A stretch of 64,000 nucleotides of DNA from Polyangiaceae bacterium (GCA_050287085.1 JBNKBE010000014.1:96001-160000), one strand, 5' to 3'; positions 26,989-37,523 are shown, counted from the first letter of the stretch. Numbers and translations are program-made. Notes: a model not told the origin generated them from the letters alone.

Positions 26989-29634
26989 ATGAAAGGCATT
27001 CCAGAGCAACTTCGCAATGATGTTCGGGTCCTGGGGTCACTGCTCGGCGACATTCTCAAGGAGCAAGCAAGCCTCACGATCTTCGAGCGGGTCGAGCAGG
27101 TGCGCGCTCTCGCAAAGCGGGCCCGTGATGGCGACACTCGGGCCGCGGAAACCTTGGCGGGAACGCTTTCCGCTCTGCCCATCTCTGAAGCCCTTCCCGT
27201 GGCTCGCGCGTTTTCCCTATTCCTCACTCTGGCCAACATCGCCGAGGCCCACCACGGTCTGAGGGCGCCGGAGGCCGGTGATGCCGACGGTTCTTTCGCC
27301 CACGACGCCGACAAGACCTTCGCCGCGATGCTGGCCAACGGCGTCAGCGCCGATGAACTGCACGACACCGTATCTAGGCTCAACGTCGAGCTCGTGCTCA
27401 CAGCCCACCCAACCCAAGTGGTACGCCGCACTCTGCTGCGCAAGTACAACGTGCTCGCGGATCTGCTTGCTGAGCGAGACTCGCGACAGGATCCGTGGCT
27501 TGCGGTAGACGAACAAGACGAAGCCCTGGAACGAGAGATCACTTCGATCTGGGACACGGACGAAGTGATGCGCAAGAAGCCAACACCCGTGGACGAGGCG
27601 CGAGGTGGACTTGCCGTTCTCGAGCAAGTGGTGTGGCATGCACTGCCTGTCTGGATGCGCCGTCTAGACACTTCGCTTCGTACCCACACCGGACGCGGGT
27701 TGCCGCTCGAAAGTGCCCCGGTACGCTTCGGCTCGTGGATGGGTGGCGATCGTGATGGCAACCCCAACGTTTCGCCTGAAACGACACTCCGAGCGTCATG
27801 GCTCGGTCGCTGGATGGCAGCCGACCTTTTTTACAAGGAGATCAATGCGCTGCGCGACGAGCTCTCGACCCGAGCCTGCAGCGCGGAACTGCGAGCGCTG
27901 GTCGGTGATAGCAACGAGCCGTATCGCGACCTGCTTCGCGACGTACGGCAGCGCTTGCGCAACACGCGCGAGAGGATGCAGCGCCTGCTCGACGGCAAGA
28001 AGCCCGACGACGAGCCCTACTACGCCAAGGAAGCCGAACTCCGAGATCAGTTGCTGCTTTGCTACCATTCCTTGTGCAGCGTTGGCCAGGAGGTGGTGGC
28101 CCGCGGTCGCTTGCTCGACGCACTGCGGAGACTGTCTTGCTTTGGACTGACTATGGTACGTCTTGATCTCCGTCAGGAAAGTACCCGACACACGGAAGCT
28201 ATCGCTTGCATCACCCAGCACCTGGGCTTGGGTGACTACTCGCAGTGGGACGAAGCCAAACGACAAGAGTTTCTCGTGGCCGAGCTCGAGAATCGGCGCC
28301 CGCTCATCCCCTGGGATCTGCAAGCACCAGCAAGCGTGGTGGATGTGCTCGATACCTTCAGGGTAGCCAAAGAGATCGGCCCCGACGCTCTCGGCGCGTA
28401 CGTCATTTCGATGGCCCGCCAGCCCTCCGACGTGTTGGCCGTCGAGCTTCTACAGAAAGCGGTCGGCAACACCACCCCCCAGCGAGTGGCCCCACTATTT
28501 GAGACCGTGGATGATCTCGATAGCGCGGCCAGTACTATGCGACAGCTGTACAGCATTCCTTGGTACCGCCGCCGGATTGGCGGTTCACAGGAGATCATGA
28601 TTGGATACTCCGACTCCGCGAAGGACGGGGGGCGACTGGCCGCCAATTGGGCTTTGTACCAAGCCCAGGAAGAGGTGGTAGCGGTGTGCGAGGAGTTCAA
28701 CATTCACCCAACCCTCTTTCACGGCCGAGGTGGAACGGTCGCGCGAGGCGGAGGCCCGACGCATCTTGCCATTCAGTCGCAACCAGCCGGCTCGATCAAG
28801 GGCACGTTGCGAGTTACTGAACAAGGCGAAATGATCCAAGCCAAGTTCGGCAACCCACGGGTCACGGTGCGCACCTTGGAAACATACGTCGCTGCGACCG
28901 TCGAAGCGACGTTGGCACCTCCTCGGAAGCCAGAACCCGCGTGGCGCGCGCGCATGGAAGTGCTCGCCGATACGTCGTGCGATGCCTACCGCGCCGTCGT
29001 CCGTGAGGAGCCTCGCTTCGTCGAGTACTTTCGCCAGGTAACGCCCGAAGTGGAGCTCGGCTCCTTGAACATCGGCAGCCGCCCGGCCCGCCGCCGAAAG
29101 AGCGGTGGCATCGAGACATTGCGCGCGATTCCGTGGATCTTCGCCTGGACGCAGAATCGCCTCTGCTTGCCCTCGTGGCTGGGTGTAGGCGACGCGTTGG
29201 GACAGGCTATCGCTGACGGACATCTCGATGAGCTGCAGCAGATGCGACAGCACTGGCCGTTCTTCCGTTCCACTCTGGACTTGATCGAGATGGTCGTTGC
29301 CAAGGCGGATCCGAGCCCTTCGGTCTTCTACGATCGCACTTTGGTACGAGAAGAACTGCGTCCCTTTGGGGACGAGCTACGCGGCAAGCTGGGGGCAACC
29401 GTGAGCGCCGTGCTCAAAGTCACGGGGCATACCGAACTGCTCGAAGACTACGGGGTGGGCACTCATGGTCTTCGACTTCGCGACCGATACATGGACCCCC
29501 TCAACGTATTGCAGGCGGAGTTGCTACGACGTCTCCGTGCGCAGCCCGAAGACAGCCCACCAGATCCGAAACTGTGGGAGGCGTTTGTGGTGACGGTCAA
29601 TGGCGTCGCCGCAGGCATGCGCAACACGGGCTGA
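26989..29634 (+). CDS. ppc: Phosphoenolpyruvate carboxylase
   Basis: VLTAHPT, SWMGGDRDGNP, MIGYSDSAKDGG, FHGRGGTVARGG, LRAIPWIFAWTQ, C-terminal MRNTG; start MKGIPEQL at 26989. Confidence 0.98.
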   Translation: MKGIPEQLRNDVRVLGSLLGDILKEQASLTIFERVEQVRALAKRARDGDTRAAETLAGTLSALPISEALPVARAFSLFLTLANIAEAHHGLRAPEAGDADGSFAHDADKTFAAMLANGVSADELHDTVSRLNVELVLTAHPTQVVRRTLLRKYNVLADLLAERDSRQDPWLAVDEQDEALEREITSIWDTDEVMRKKPTPVDEARGGLAVLEQVVWHALPVWMRRLDTSLRTHTGRGLPLESAPVRFGSWMGGDRDGNPNVSPETTLRASWLGRWMAADLFYKEINALRDELSTRACSAELRALVGDSNEPYRDLLRDVRQRLRNTRERMQRLLDGKKPDDEPYYAKEAELRDQLLLCYHSLCSVGQEVVARGRLLDALRRLSCFGLTMVRLDLRQESTRHTEAIACITQHLGLGDYSQWDEAKRQEFLVAELENRRPLIPWDLQAPASVVDVLDTFRVAKEIGPDALGAYVISMARQPSDVLAVELLQKAVGNTTPQRVAPLFETVDDLDSAASTMRQLYSIPWYRRRIGGSQEIMIGYSDSAKDGGRLAANWALYQAQEEVVAVCEEFNIHPTLFHGRGGTVARGGGPTHLAIQSQPAGSIKGTLRVTEQGEMIQAKFGNPRVTVRTLETYVAATVEATLAPPRKPEPAWRARMEVLADTSCDAYRAVVREEPRFVEYFRQVTPEVELGSLNIGSRPARRRKSGGIETLRAIPWIFAWTQNRLCLPSWLGVGDALGQAIADGHLDELQQMRQHWPFFRSTLDLIEMVVAKADPSPSVFYDRTLVREELRPFGDELRGKLGATVSAVLKVTGHTELLEDYGVGTHGLRLRDRYMDPLNVLQAELLRRLRAQPEDSPPDPKLWEAFVVTVNGVAAGMRNTG

Positions 29635-29734
29635 GGTCGCGCGGCCCTCGCCGGACACCAGCCTGCGGCAAGTGGGGCTGGTTCCGGTGGTGCGCGAGCG
29701 CCTCCGCCGTCAGAGCCACCGGGCTGCTCCCAGG

Positions 29735-30367
29735 TCAGTCCGCAGATGTCGCGACTACTGCGCGCAAGCTGTCAATGATGGGCGAAAGGACTGCGCGCCG
29801 AAGCTTGTACAGACTTCGATTGGCGATCAACACGCTGGAAATGTCGCAGATGGTTTCGACCACCTCGAGCTTGTTCTCCCGAAGGGTGGAGCCAGTTTCC
29901 ACGATGTCGACAATGACATCGGAAAGACCGACCAAAGGGGCGAGTTCAACCGAGCCCTGAATGAAGATCACTTCTGACTGCACCCCTTTGCGCGCGAAGT
30001 GTTCAGTCGCAATGCGGGGATACTTTGTCGCAATGCGAGGCAGATCCGGAACGGCTCTTCCCTCCGGTGCGGCTACCACCATCCGACACTTACCGATCCC
30101 CAAGTCGACCGGTTGATACAGACTGTAGCCCCGTTCACCCAAGGTATCGCGGCCGCTGATTCCAAGCTCTGCGGCCCCGTACTCGACATACGTTGGGACG
30201 TCATCGGGCTTCAGCATCAAAAAGCGCAAACGACCATCGCGGCTCTCGCGAACTAGATTGCGGTCATCGCTCAGCAGACACTCACAGTCGAGGCCAGCTC
30301 GAGACAGGAGCGGCACTAGTACCTTGTTGATACGCCCCTTGGGCACGGCAATCGTAACGGGTTTCAT
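29735..30367 (-). CDS. hisG: ATP phosphoribosyltransferase, short form
   Basis: [44 protein letters not shown]; 210 aa. Confidence 0.96.
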   Translation of the reverse strand: MKPVTIAVPKGRINKVLVPLLSRAGLDCECLLSDDRNLVRESRDGRLRFLMLKPDDVPTYVEYGAAELGISGRDTLGERGYSLYQPVDLGIGKCRMVVAAPEGRAVPDLPRIATKYPRIATEHFARKGVQSEVIFIQGSVELAPLVGLSDVIVDIVETGSTLRENKLEVVETICDISSVLIANRSLYKLRRAVLSPIIDSLRAVVATSAD

Positions 30368-31635
30368 GGCGTGGCCTCATGCAACTGAATGCGCTCGACG
30401 CGAGCGCCAGCGCCTGACAACTTGAGCTCTATTCGCTCGTAGCCGCGGTCGAGATGATAGACGCGACGCACCACAGTCTCCCCCTCTGCCACCAACCCGG
30501 CGATCACGAGCGATGCGCTGGCGCGCAGGTCCGTAGCCATCACGCTTGCGCCCTCAAGCGGAAACCCGCCGTCCACCAACGCCACGTTCTTGCGGGTATC
30601 GATATGAGCACCCATGCGCCGCAGCTCCGGTACATGCATGAAACGGTTCTCAAAGATCGTCTCCGTCAGAACCGCCCGACCTTGCGCCGCACAGGCCATC
30701 GCCATGAATTGCGCCTGCATGTCGGTCGGAAATCCTGGATGCGGTGCAGTCGTCACGTCCACAGCGCGAAGTGGCCCCTCGCGCACAACACGCGTATCGT
30801 TGCCTTCGGCTTCGACCACGAGCCCGGCTTCTCGCAGCTTGAGTACAACCGGTTCGAGATCGGCCAAGGGTGCGTTCTTCAGCAAGACATTCCCCCCCGC
30901 GGCCCCGACCGCCGTCATAAAGGTCCCAGCTTCGATGCGATCGGCGATCACCGCGTGATCGTAGCCGGCGAGCTCTGAGCGCCCTTCGATCTCGATCACG
31001 GTGCTGCCGGCGCCGCGAATGACAGCGCCCATCTTGGTCAACACGGTCGCCAGTTCACGTATCTCCGGCTCCCGAGCGCAGTTGACCAAAGTGGTCTTCC
31101 CTTCGGCCAGGCAAGCCGCCATCATCAGGTTCTCCGTGCCCCCCACCGTCGGCAGATCGAAAGCGTATTCAGCTCCCCGAAGGCGCTTGGCGGTGGCTGT
31201 GATGTAGCCATGCTCAACGCTGATCGAAGCCCCCAAAGCCTGCAATCCCTTGAGATGTAGGTCGACGGGGCGCGCGCCAATCGCGCACCCCCCGGGAAGG
31301 CTCACTTTCGCGGTGCCGTAGCGCGCCAGCAAGGGGCCCAGCACCAGCACGCTCGCCCGCATCTGGCGTACCAGTTCATAAGGAGCTTCCGGACGGACCG
31401 TGCCCGCTACGGGACGAGACTCGACCCGCGGACAATCCACAGAGACCTCACGCCCCAAAAAGCGAAGCAACGCTGACGTCGTCTGGATATCGCGCAGCGC
31501 TGGCACGTTGGTCAGTCGGCAGCCGTCATCGCTAAGCAGCATCGCACATAGGATCGGCAGCGCGGCGTTCTTGGCGCCGCCCACGGGAATGGTGCCGCGC
31601 AGCGCCGGGCCGCCGATCACTCGAATTGCGTCCAT
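30364..31635 (-). CDS. murA: UDP-N-acetylglucosamine 1-carboxyvinyltransferase
   Basis: [52 protein letters not shown]. Confidence 0.98.
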   Translation of the reverse strand: MDAIRVIGGPALRGTIPVGGAKNAALPILCAMLLSDDGCRLTNVPALRDIQTTSALLRFLGREVSVDCPRVESRPVAGTVRPEAPYELVRQMRASVLVLGPLLARYGTAKVSLPGGCAIGARPVDLHLKGLQALGASISVEHGYITATAKRLRGAEYAFDLPTVGGTENLMMAACLAEGKTTLVNCAREPEIRELATVLTKMGAVIRGAGSTVIEIEGRSELAGYDHAVIADRIEAGTFMTAVGAAGGNVLLKNAPLADLEPVVLKLREAGLVVEAEGNDTRVVREGPLRAVDVTTAPHPGFPTDMQAQFMAMACAAQGRAVLTETIFENRFMHVPELRRMGAHIDTRKNVALVDGGFPLEGASVMATDLRASASLVIAGLVAEGETVVRRVYHLDRGYERIELKLSGAGARVERIQLHEATP

Positions 31636-31897
31636 GGCCGCACGCATATCAGATCGACCGCTGGCGCCCAAAGGAATGAACGGACGAGCTCGACCTGTTG
31701 AATCGGGTCCCCGATGGCTCGGCGGGAGGCGCCAGGATCCTCGGCCGGTCGCTCAACGCCCCCCCGCCGGCCTCGAAGTCGCTGGCTCAATACCCGAGTT
31801 CGGAGCTAGACCCAAGAGCATGCGGCAGGCGGCGTGGAGTCACGAGAGCAAAGGCGTGCCGCCTCCCGGGGGCGCGAAGCGGCGCCCCCACGAGCCA

Positions 31898-33973
31898 ATG
31901 CGAGCCTCGGCCCAGACCTCGGGCCGCCGGTGCAAGCGTGCCCGCGTCGCCGTTGCCCGCGTCGCAGTCGCCCTCATCGTCGTGGCCCGCGTCGCACTCG
32001 TAAGCCTGGGCGTACTCGCCCGGGCCCATGCGGGCTCACCACCCCGGGAATCGGCCCCGGAACGAACAAGCCACTTCGCTGGTCGCGCACAGTCCAAGCC
32101 ACCGCCCGCGGGCCCGGCGCGCGCAGCCTGGCTACGACGCGGACTCGCAGATGGCCTGTCGGGGCGCTGCCACGCTCTACAGGCGCTGGCACTGCAGGCC
32201 GAACCTGGGGCTCCCGACTTGCCCCTGCTCGCCCAAGCGCTCGCCCAGGGCGTTGGGCAATGCAAAGTGGGCTCGGCATTGTGGTCGCTCGAACAACACA
32301 TCCTCCACGCGCCGAATGACGATAGGGATGAAAACACCCGCTTCGCGGGCCGCTGGCTGCTCGTCGCTCTGGCTCGTTTGGGAACCGAAGACGCCCTAGA
32401 ACACCTGGCGTATCATCTGGATAATGCGCGCGACAGCAGCTCAGCTGAGCAAGCGCTCGCGGTGACCTCCCCACGAAGCCTAGAGCCGTTTTCGCTACCG
32501 CTGCCCAGCGAGATGCGAGTTCGGTGGGTCGCAGAACAAGCGGGTTTCGCCGCGGATACGCTACTCGTTCGCTGGGCCGATAGCGACGACGAAGCGATCC
32601 GTCTGGCCGCAATGGCCGCCCTACTCGAGCGACGACCGCACTACGCCCAGGCACTGGCCACTCGCTGGCTGACCCTCGAAGCGCGCGGCTTGGAGAGCAC
32701 TGCTGCGGCTATCGGGGTATGGCTACGAACAAGCGATCCAAGGGCGATACCAGCCCTTCGGGAGCTGCTCCGGGCGGCCCCATCGACGGCGGCACGCCTG
32801 CTGGCTCAGGGTGTGCCCGCGGCCGCCCGAGACGTTGTGCTCGCGGCCGTCAATCGCTACGAACCGGCGCTGCGTCGCGCCTTCTATCCAGCTCTGCAGA
32901 GCATTCCAGCCCATGCCTCCGCTGCGCTATTGGCCGCAGATCTGGGCGCCAGCGAAGCCGGGGTCGAAGCCTTGAACGCACTCGTCGCGATGCACGGTGT
33001 CGCCGCTCAACAGGCCTTGCGACGGATCGCGACGCGTGCCCCGGCTCCGGCTGGACAGGACAACGCGACAGTTCGGAACGACGCGCGAGCCTTCGCCCGA
33101 CTGGGGCTTATCCTGCGCCGCCTACAAGGGGCAGATGACGGCCGCCTACAAGGGGCAGATGACGAAGGCGAGGCGGCGACGCCAGCCGCAAGCGATTCCC
33201 CAGGGCAAGCCTGGCTGAACGCCCTGGACGCGTGCAGCCAGCGCGTGGAAAGCTGCGTCGAGAACCTGCTTCACGGTACCGACTGGTACGCCAACGCCGC
33301 GCTTCAACTCATGCCGCTGGCGGGTGACAACGCCTTTGCGACGCTCGGGGACCGTCTCAACGACTCGCCCGCGCTGAGCAAACGGCTCGGCATCGCCCTC
33401 CTACGCGAGGCAGGCCGCGACCGCGTCTCGACCCGAGTGCTCATGCACCTGCTCCCAATCCAAAGCCCCTGGCAGCCCTGGGTGGTCCGTGCCCTCGCGG
33501 AGCGACTACCCTCAGAAGAGCTCGCCTCCTGGCTGCAACATCCCAGCCGCGCTCGGCGACTCCAGACCGCCCTGGGGCTGGGTCGCAATCCAAACCCGGG
33601 GAGCGTCTACGCGCTCCGGAGCGCCTACCCCCTCGAAGCAGACGACGGGGTGCGCCGAGCCATGGTGCGCGCCGTGGCTTGGCTCGAGGGTGCCTCGCCG
33701 CCCTCTCCCTGGCGCAGAGCCGTAGCCGCTTCCGATCCAGCTGCCAACGTGCGCGCAACGGCGGTCGCTCCCGGACCCGTCGATGCGGCAACACCCGCGT
33801 CAGCGCTGACCTTGATCTGGGCCCCGGCAGCTCCGCTCGCAGCCTTGCACTGTCGAGCCGACGACGGGCTAGGCCCTCCCACCTGTGACACCCCTCTACC
33901 GATACGCCTGGTCGTCCGCCCTGAAAAGACAGCCGTCACCAGGCTAGACGCTGAGTCGCCCTTGCAACGCTAG
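31898..33973 (+). CDS. Exported HEAT/ARM-repeat-like helical protein
   Basis: Ala/Leu-rich helical repeats (DSDDEAIRLAAMAAL, VRRAMVRAVA, SDPAANVRATA); hydrophobic signal-like segment; start uncertain. Confidence 0.6.
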   Translation: MRASAQTSGRRCKRARVAVARVAVALIVVARVALVSLGVLARAHAGSPPRESAPERTSHFAGRAQSKPPPAGPARAAWLRRGLADGLSGRCHALQALALQAEPGAPDLPLLAQALAQGVGQCKVGSALWSLEQHILHAPNDDRDENTRFAGRWLLVALARLGTEDALEHLAYHLDNARDSSSAEQALAVTSPRSLEPFSLPLPSEMRVRWVAEQAGFAADTLLVRWADSDDEAIRLAAMAALLERRPHYAQALATRWLTLEARGLESTAAAIGVWLRTSDPRAIPALRELLRAAPSTAARLLAQGVPAAARDVVLAAVNRYEPALRRAFYPALQSIPAHASAALLAADLGASEAGVEALNALVAMHGVAAQQALRRIATRAPAPAGQDNATVRNDARAFARLGLILRRLQGADDGRLQGADDEGEAATPAASDSPGQAWLNALDACSQRVESCVENLLHGTDWYANAALQLMPLAGDNAFATLGDRLNDSPALSKRLGIALLREAGRDRVSTRVLMHLLPIQSPWQPWVVRALAERLPSEELASWLQHPSRARRLQTALGLGRNPNPGSVYALRSAYPLEADDGVRRAMVRAVAWLEGASPPSPWRRAVAASDPAANVRATAVAPGPVDAATPASALTLIWAPAAPLAALHCRADDGLGPPTCDTPLPIRLVVRPEKTAVTRLDAESPLQR
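31940..31999 (+). repeat. Degenerate 15-bp in-frame repeat x4 in the signal-like region
   Basis: GCCCGCGTCGCCGTT/GCCCGCGTCGCAGTC/GCCCTCATCGTCGTG/GCCCGCGTCGCACTC encoding ARVAV-ARVAV-ALIVV-ARVAL. Confidence 0.6.
33117..33164 (+). repeat. Perfect 24-bp in-frame duplication
   Basis: GCCGCCTACAAGGGGCAGATGACG x2 (RLQGADDG RLQGADDE). Confidence 0.9.
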
Positions 33974-33996
33974 AGCGACGCTGTGATGGTCCGACG

Positions 33997-34287
33997 GTGG
34001 CCCGCTCCAAGCAAAAAAAGGCAATCGACCCCGCACTTGCGGCCTCTGACACAGATCTGACCTTTGAAGCCGCTCTGCACCAGCTCGGCGCCATCGTCGA
34101 GCAGCTGGAAAGCGGCGAACTGCCCCTGGAGCAAAGCTTGCGCCTCTTCGAACAAGGCGTGGGTTTGGCCAAGCATTCCCAGGGGATCTTGGACGCCGCC
34201 GAAACCCGGGTCGAACAGCTATTGGGCATCGGAGAAGCGGGACAACCTGTGACAACCGAGTTCGACCCCGAGGCCCCCTCCGATTAA
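33997..34287 (+). CDS. xseB: Exodeoxyribonuclease VII small subunit
   Basis: TFEAAL..L..IV.QLESGELPLE.SL.LFEQGV.L......L..AE.RV. Confidence 0.93.
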   Translation: MARSKQKKAIDPALAASDTDLTFEAALHQLGAIVEQLESGELPLEQSLRLFEQGVGLAKHSQGILDAAETRVEQLLGIGEAGQPVTTEFDPEAPSD

Positions 34288-34326
34288 CGCCTCGCCCTGT
34301 CCGCCGCGAGCCGCTATTGTGTACCC

Positions 34327-35127
34327 ATGGCGTCGGCCGAGCCCCCCCCGCTGACTGAACGCGCCATCGTGGTCCGAGCCGCTGCACTGCTCATCGGCGA
34401 CGAGCTGCTGAGTGGCAAAGTCGCGGACGCCAACCTCCATCCCCTGGCGCGATGCTTGTGGTCACTAGGGATTCGGCTGTGTCGTAGCGCGATCGTGGGA
34501 GACAACGTAGACGAGATCGCAAACGAATTGGACGCCTTGATGGCAACCCATGATCTCGTGATCACCAGTGGCGGCGTTGGTCCCACCCACGACGATCGTA
34601 CGCTGGAGGCCGTTTCCAAGGCCACGGGGCGGACCCTATCCACCCACCCCAGACTCGTCGCACAGATCCAAGACGCCTATGGGGAACAAACCACGGCCGC
34701 TCATCTACGCATGGCCCAGGTCCCGGACGGAACACGCCTCATGTACGGAGCCAATAGCCGCTGGCCGGCCTTAGTCGTAGAACACGTCTGGGTACTGCCT
34801 GGGGTACCGGCCATCTTCAACCAGAAGCTGGATATCCTCAGAACCGCAGTCCGCGGTCCGGGACAGTTCTACACCCAGCGCACGCACTCTACATTCGATG
34901 AGGGACACCTCAAGGAGGCTTTAGATGCCACGGTGGCGGCCTTCCCAAACGTAGCCGTTGGCTCATACCCGCAATGGGACGCCGGCGAACTCCGCACATT
35001 GGTCACATTCGACAGCTCCGATCCCGATCGCGTTGCGGAGGCACGGTGCCATTTTGAGGCGCAGCTTTCCCCCGAGGCATTGTTGCACGACGACGCGCTG
35101 ATCCCGGAGTCTGGTCGCGAGACGTAG
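34327..35127 (+). CDS. CinA-like molybdopterin-binding domain protein
   Basis: IGDELLSG...D.N, TSGGVGPTHDD.T, LPGVP, VGSYP. Confidence 0.9.
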   Translation: MASAEPPPLTERAIVVRAAALLIGDELLSGKVADANLHPLARCLWSLGIRLCRSAIVGDNVDEIANELDALMATHDLVITSGGVGPTHDDRTLEAVSKATGRTLSTHPRLVAQIQDAYGEQTTAAHLRMAQVPDGTRLMYGANSRWPALVVEHVWVLPGVPAIFNQKLDILRTAVRGPGQFYTQRTHSTFDEGHLKEALDATVAAFPNVAVGSYPQWDAGELRTLVTFDSSDPDRVAEARCHFEAQLSPEALLHDDALIPESGRET

Positions 35128-35204
35128 CAACGCTCTTGGGTGGCGCACCTCTGGCCACCAGGCGGCGGCGCAACTGCGAGCTGGGGCTGCGCCCCGCATC
35201 GGCA

Positions 35205-35220
35205 CGGCACGCTCTCTGCA
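35205..35220 (+). promoter_or_regulatory. sigma54-like promoter upstream of radC
   Basis: CGGCACGCTCTCTGCA = GG-N10-GC. Confidence 0.5.
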
Positions 35221-35233
35221 TGCCCTGTCCGTC

Positions 35234-35977
35234 GTGCTTGATTCTTCGACCCCGCGCCGCAAGGGCGTATCGCCATATCCTTCTGCGCCCGACGCGCCGC
35301 TCGGCCGCACTCACCGCACGCCCGACGCAGAAGCAACGCGTTCCCAAGGTCCGGGTGAAGTAGCGCTGGTCGCGCGAGCGCTCTTGGGCTGCGAAAGCGC
35401 TCGTGCCCGAACCGCAGCGCTGCGCGTACTCGAGTTCGCGGGCGGATTGGAATACATTCAATGCTTGGAGGCCCACGAGCTTGGGGGCTTGCTCCGGGTT
35501 ACACCACGACGAGCGGCCCAGCTTCTTGACGCCCTTGAGCTAGGGCGCACGGCGTGCATGCGGCTCAGCTCGCGTCGCCTTCGGGCCACCCCATTCGAAA
35601 GCGTGGCCGACGTTGATACCTGGGCGCGTCCTCGACTTGCGCAGCTGCCCCATGAGGAAGTCTGGCTCCTGAGTCTGGACGCGCGAGGTCGCTTGCTGCG
35701 AGCGGATCGGGTCGGTCAGGGAGGTGTTCATGCTTGCGCGCTACTGCCCCACGACATCCTCAGGCCAGCCGTTCGCAATGGCGCCAGCGGTGCGATATTG
35801 GTCCACAATCACCCAAGTGGCGACCCGCGGCCAAGCGCCGACGACGTCGCCATGACGCGGGTCCTATTGGGCGCCTTCGAGTGCCTCGGGATCCCCCTGC
35901 TGGACCACGTCGTAGTGAGTGCTGCTGCGAGCGTCTCGGTTCTCGACAGCACCCAACTAGATGAGCTCGCCGCCTGA
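35234..35977 (+). CDS. radC: RadC/JAB domain protein
   Basis: HEEVWLL.LD, HNHPSGDP.PS..D, LLDHVVV; start uncertain. Confidence 0.9.
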   Translation: MLDSSTPRRKGVSPYPSAPDAPLGRTHRTPDAEATRSQGPGEVALVARALLGCESARARTAALRVLEFAGGLEYIQCLEAHELGGLLRVTPRRAAQLLDALELGRTACMRLSSRRLRATPFESVADVDTWARPRLAQLPHEEVWLLSLDARGRLLRADRVGQGGVHACALLPHDILRPAVRNGASGAILVHNHPSGDPRPSADDVAMTRVLLGAFECLGIPLLDHVVVSAAASVSVLDSTQLDELAA

Positions 35978-36053
35978 GGCATCGGGGCGATCCGGCTGTC
36001 TGCCCAGAAGCACCAGTGGCCCAGGCGTCAATGTCCGAGTATCCTGTCACGGG

Positions 36054-37523
36054 ATGCAGACCCCCGAAATCACATTCGCGGCTCTTACCGACGTCGGGCG
36101 CAAGCGTGAGCACAATGAGGACAACTTCCTCGTCGACAAGAAGCTCTCCTTCTTCGTTGTTTGTGACGGCATGGGGGGACACGCCGCCGGAGAAGTCGCC
36201 AGCGCGATCGCGGTTCGTACGCTACACGACGAACTCAAGAAGGAAGTCGAGATGCTGGAGGACTACTGCGAAGACAAGCAGGGTGCCGATCGCGTCAATC
36301 AGAAGGACATCCTCAACATGCTTGAGTTTGCTGCCAATCGCGCCAGTCGAGCCGTGCATGAGGCCGCCCAAGCAGACGCCAGCAAACGCGGCATGGGCAC
36401 GACGCTGGTGGCCGTTCTATTCCTGCGCTCGCAGGCGTTTATCGTTCATGTCGGAGACAGCCGCGCCTACCTACTCCGCAACGGGGTGCTGGAACAACTG
36501 ACGGACGATCACAACGTCCACAACGAGCTGATGCGCCGCAAGAAGCTCACCAAAGCGGAAATCCTGCGCCTTGCACCGAAGAACGCCATCACGCGCGCGG
36601 TCGGTGTATACGAAAGCTGTGAACCCGATACCCTGGTGATGGACGTAGTATCGGGTGACCGCTTCCTGCTCTGCTCGGACGGGCTCAGCGAGTACTTCGA
36701 AGGACCCCATGGCGCGCCCGAGCAACTCGCCAGCCTCCTCGAGTCTCCGGATGCCGAGCAGACCACCCGTGAACTGATCGAAGTCGCCAACTCGAAGGGC
36801 GGCAAGGACAACATTACGGCCGTTGTTGTCACGGTGGGTGACTTGGGCGAGGAAGACCAGACTCGTGCTGCACGCCTCGAGCTCAAGAAGACCGTGCTCG
36901 GTGACTTGCCGTTCTTCAATACGTTGGACGATAGGGAGTTGCTGCGCGTTCTGCAGGCGACCAAAGAGCTCGAATTTCAGGATGGGGATCGCATCATCAC
37001 CGAAGGTGAGCGGGGCGACTCGCTCTACATCCTGCTCAAAGGTCAGGTCCGCGTGGTGCGCGCCGCCGCAACACTCAAGACTCTCTACGCTGGTGAACAC
37101 TTCGGAGAGATGGCGCTGATCCGCAGTCAACCGCGGTCTGCGAGTATTCTGGCGGAGGGCCCCACCGAGCTATTGTGCATTCACCGCGGCGACTTCTTCG
37201 AAATCTTACGGAGTCAACCTCGCCTTGCCGTCAAGCTCTTGTGGCAGTTCACGGGGGTTCTCGCGGACCGCCTAGCGGACACCAACCGCGACCTAGGCGT
37301 AGCGCGCGAAGAACTGGCAGAAGAAATCGATCCGGACGATGTAACCGAAGAGCTCTTCGGCTGGGATCCCGAAGACGAGCGCGAGACGATTCGGGTCCCG
37401 GCGCCAGCCAGTGGCCCACCACAATCACGTCGCTTTGGGGCCAGCGCCCCCCCAGCCGAGCCGCCAACGCCCCTGCACGAGACAGCCCAGCCGCGGACGC
37501 CCGAAACCGGAAAGAAAGTGTGA
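36054..37523 (+). CDS. PP2C-type Ser/Thr phosphatase fused to a cNMP-binding domain
   Basis: TDVG.KR..NED, CDGMGGH..GE.AS, MGTT, HVGDSR.Y, LLCSDGL, GGKDNIT; then GD.LYI...G.V.V, FGEMAL....PRSA. Confidence 0.92.
   Translation: MQTPEITFAALTDVGRKREHNEDNFLVDKKLSFFVVCDGMGGHAAGEVASAIAVRTLHDELKKEVEMLEDYCEDKQGADRVNQKDILNMLEFAANRASRAVHEAAQADASKRGMGTTLVAVLFLRSQAFIVHVGDSRAYLLRNGVLEQLTDDHNVHNELMRRKKLTKAEILRLAPKNAITRAVGVYESCEPDTLVMDVVSGDRFLLCSDGLSEYFEGPHGAPEQLASLLESPDAEQTTRELIEVANSKGGKDNITAVVVTVGDLGEEDQTRAARLELKKTVLGDLPFFNTLDDRELLRVLQATKELEFQDGDRIITEGERGDSLYILLKGQVRVVRAAATLKTLYAGEHFGEMALIRSQPRSASILAEGPTELLCIHRGDFFEILRSQPRLAVKLLWQFTGVLADRLADTNRDLGVAREELAEEIDPDDVTEELFGWDPEDERETIRVPAPASGPPQSRRFGASAPPAEPPTPLHETAQPRTPETGKKV

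Noticed and set aside
26640..27767. Long antisense or alternate-frame ORFs (also 11521-12453, 13101-14093, 46088-47035)
   Set aside because: Shadow ORFs expected in high-GC DNA opposite well-supported genes; no recognisable motifs
31400..31897. N-terminal ORF extensions overlapping neighbours (also ppc, rluA, miaE, SUMF1-like and SRPBCC genes)
   Set aside because: Conserved motifs or signal peptides begin at downstream starts; the extensions look like longest-ORF artefacts
35234..35977. JAB-domain component of a CBASS or ubiquitin-like defence system
   Set aside because: RadC-type motifs in a housekeeping context; no CD-NTase or E1/E2 genes
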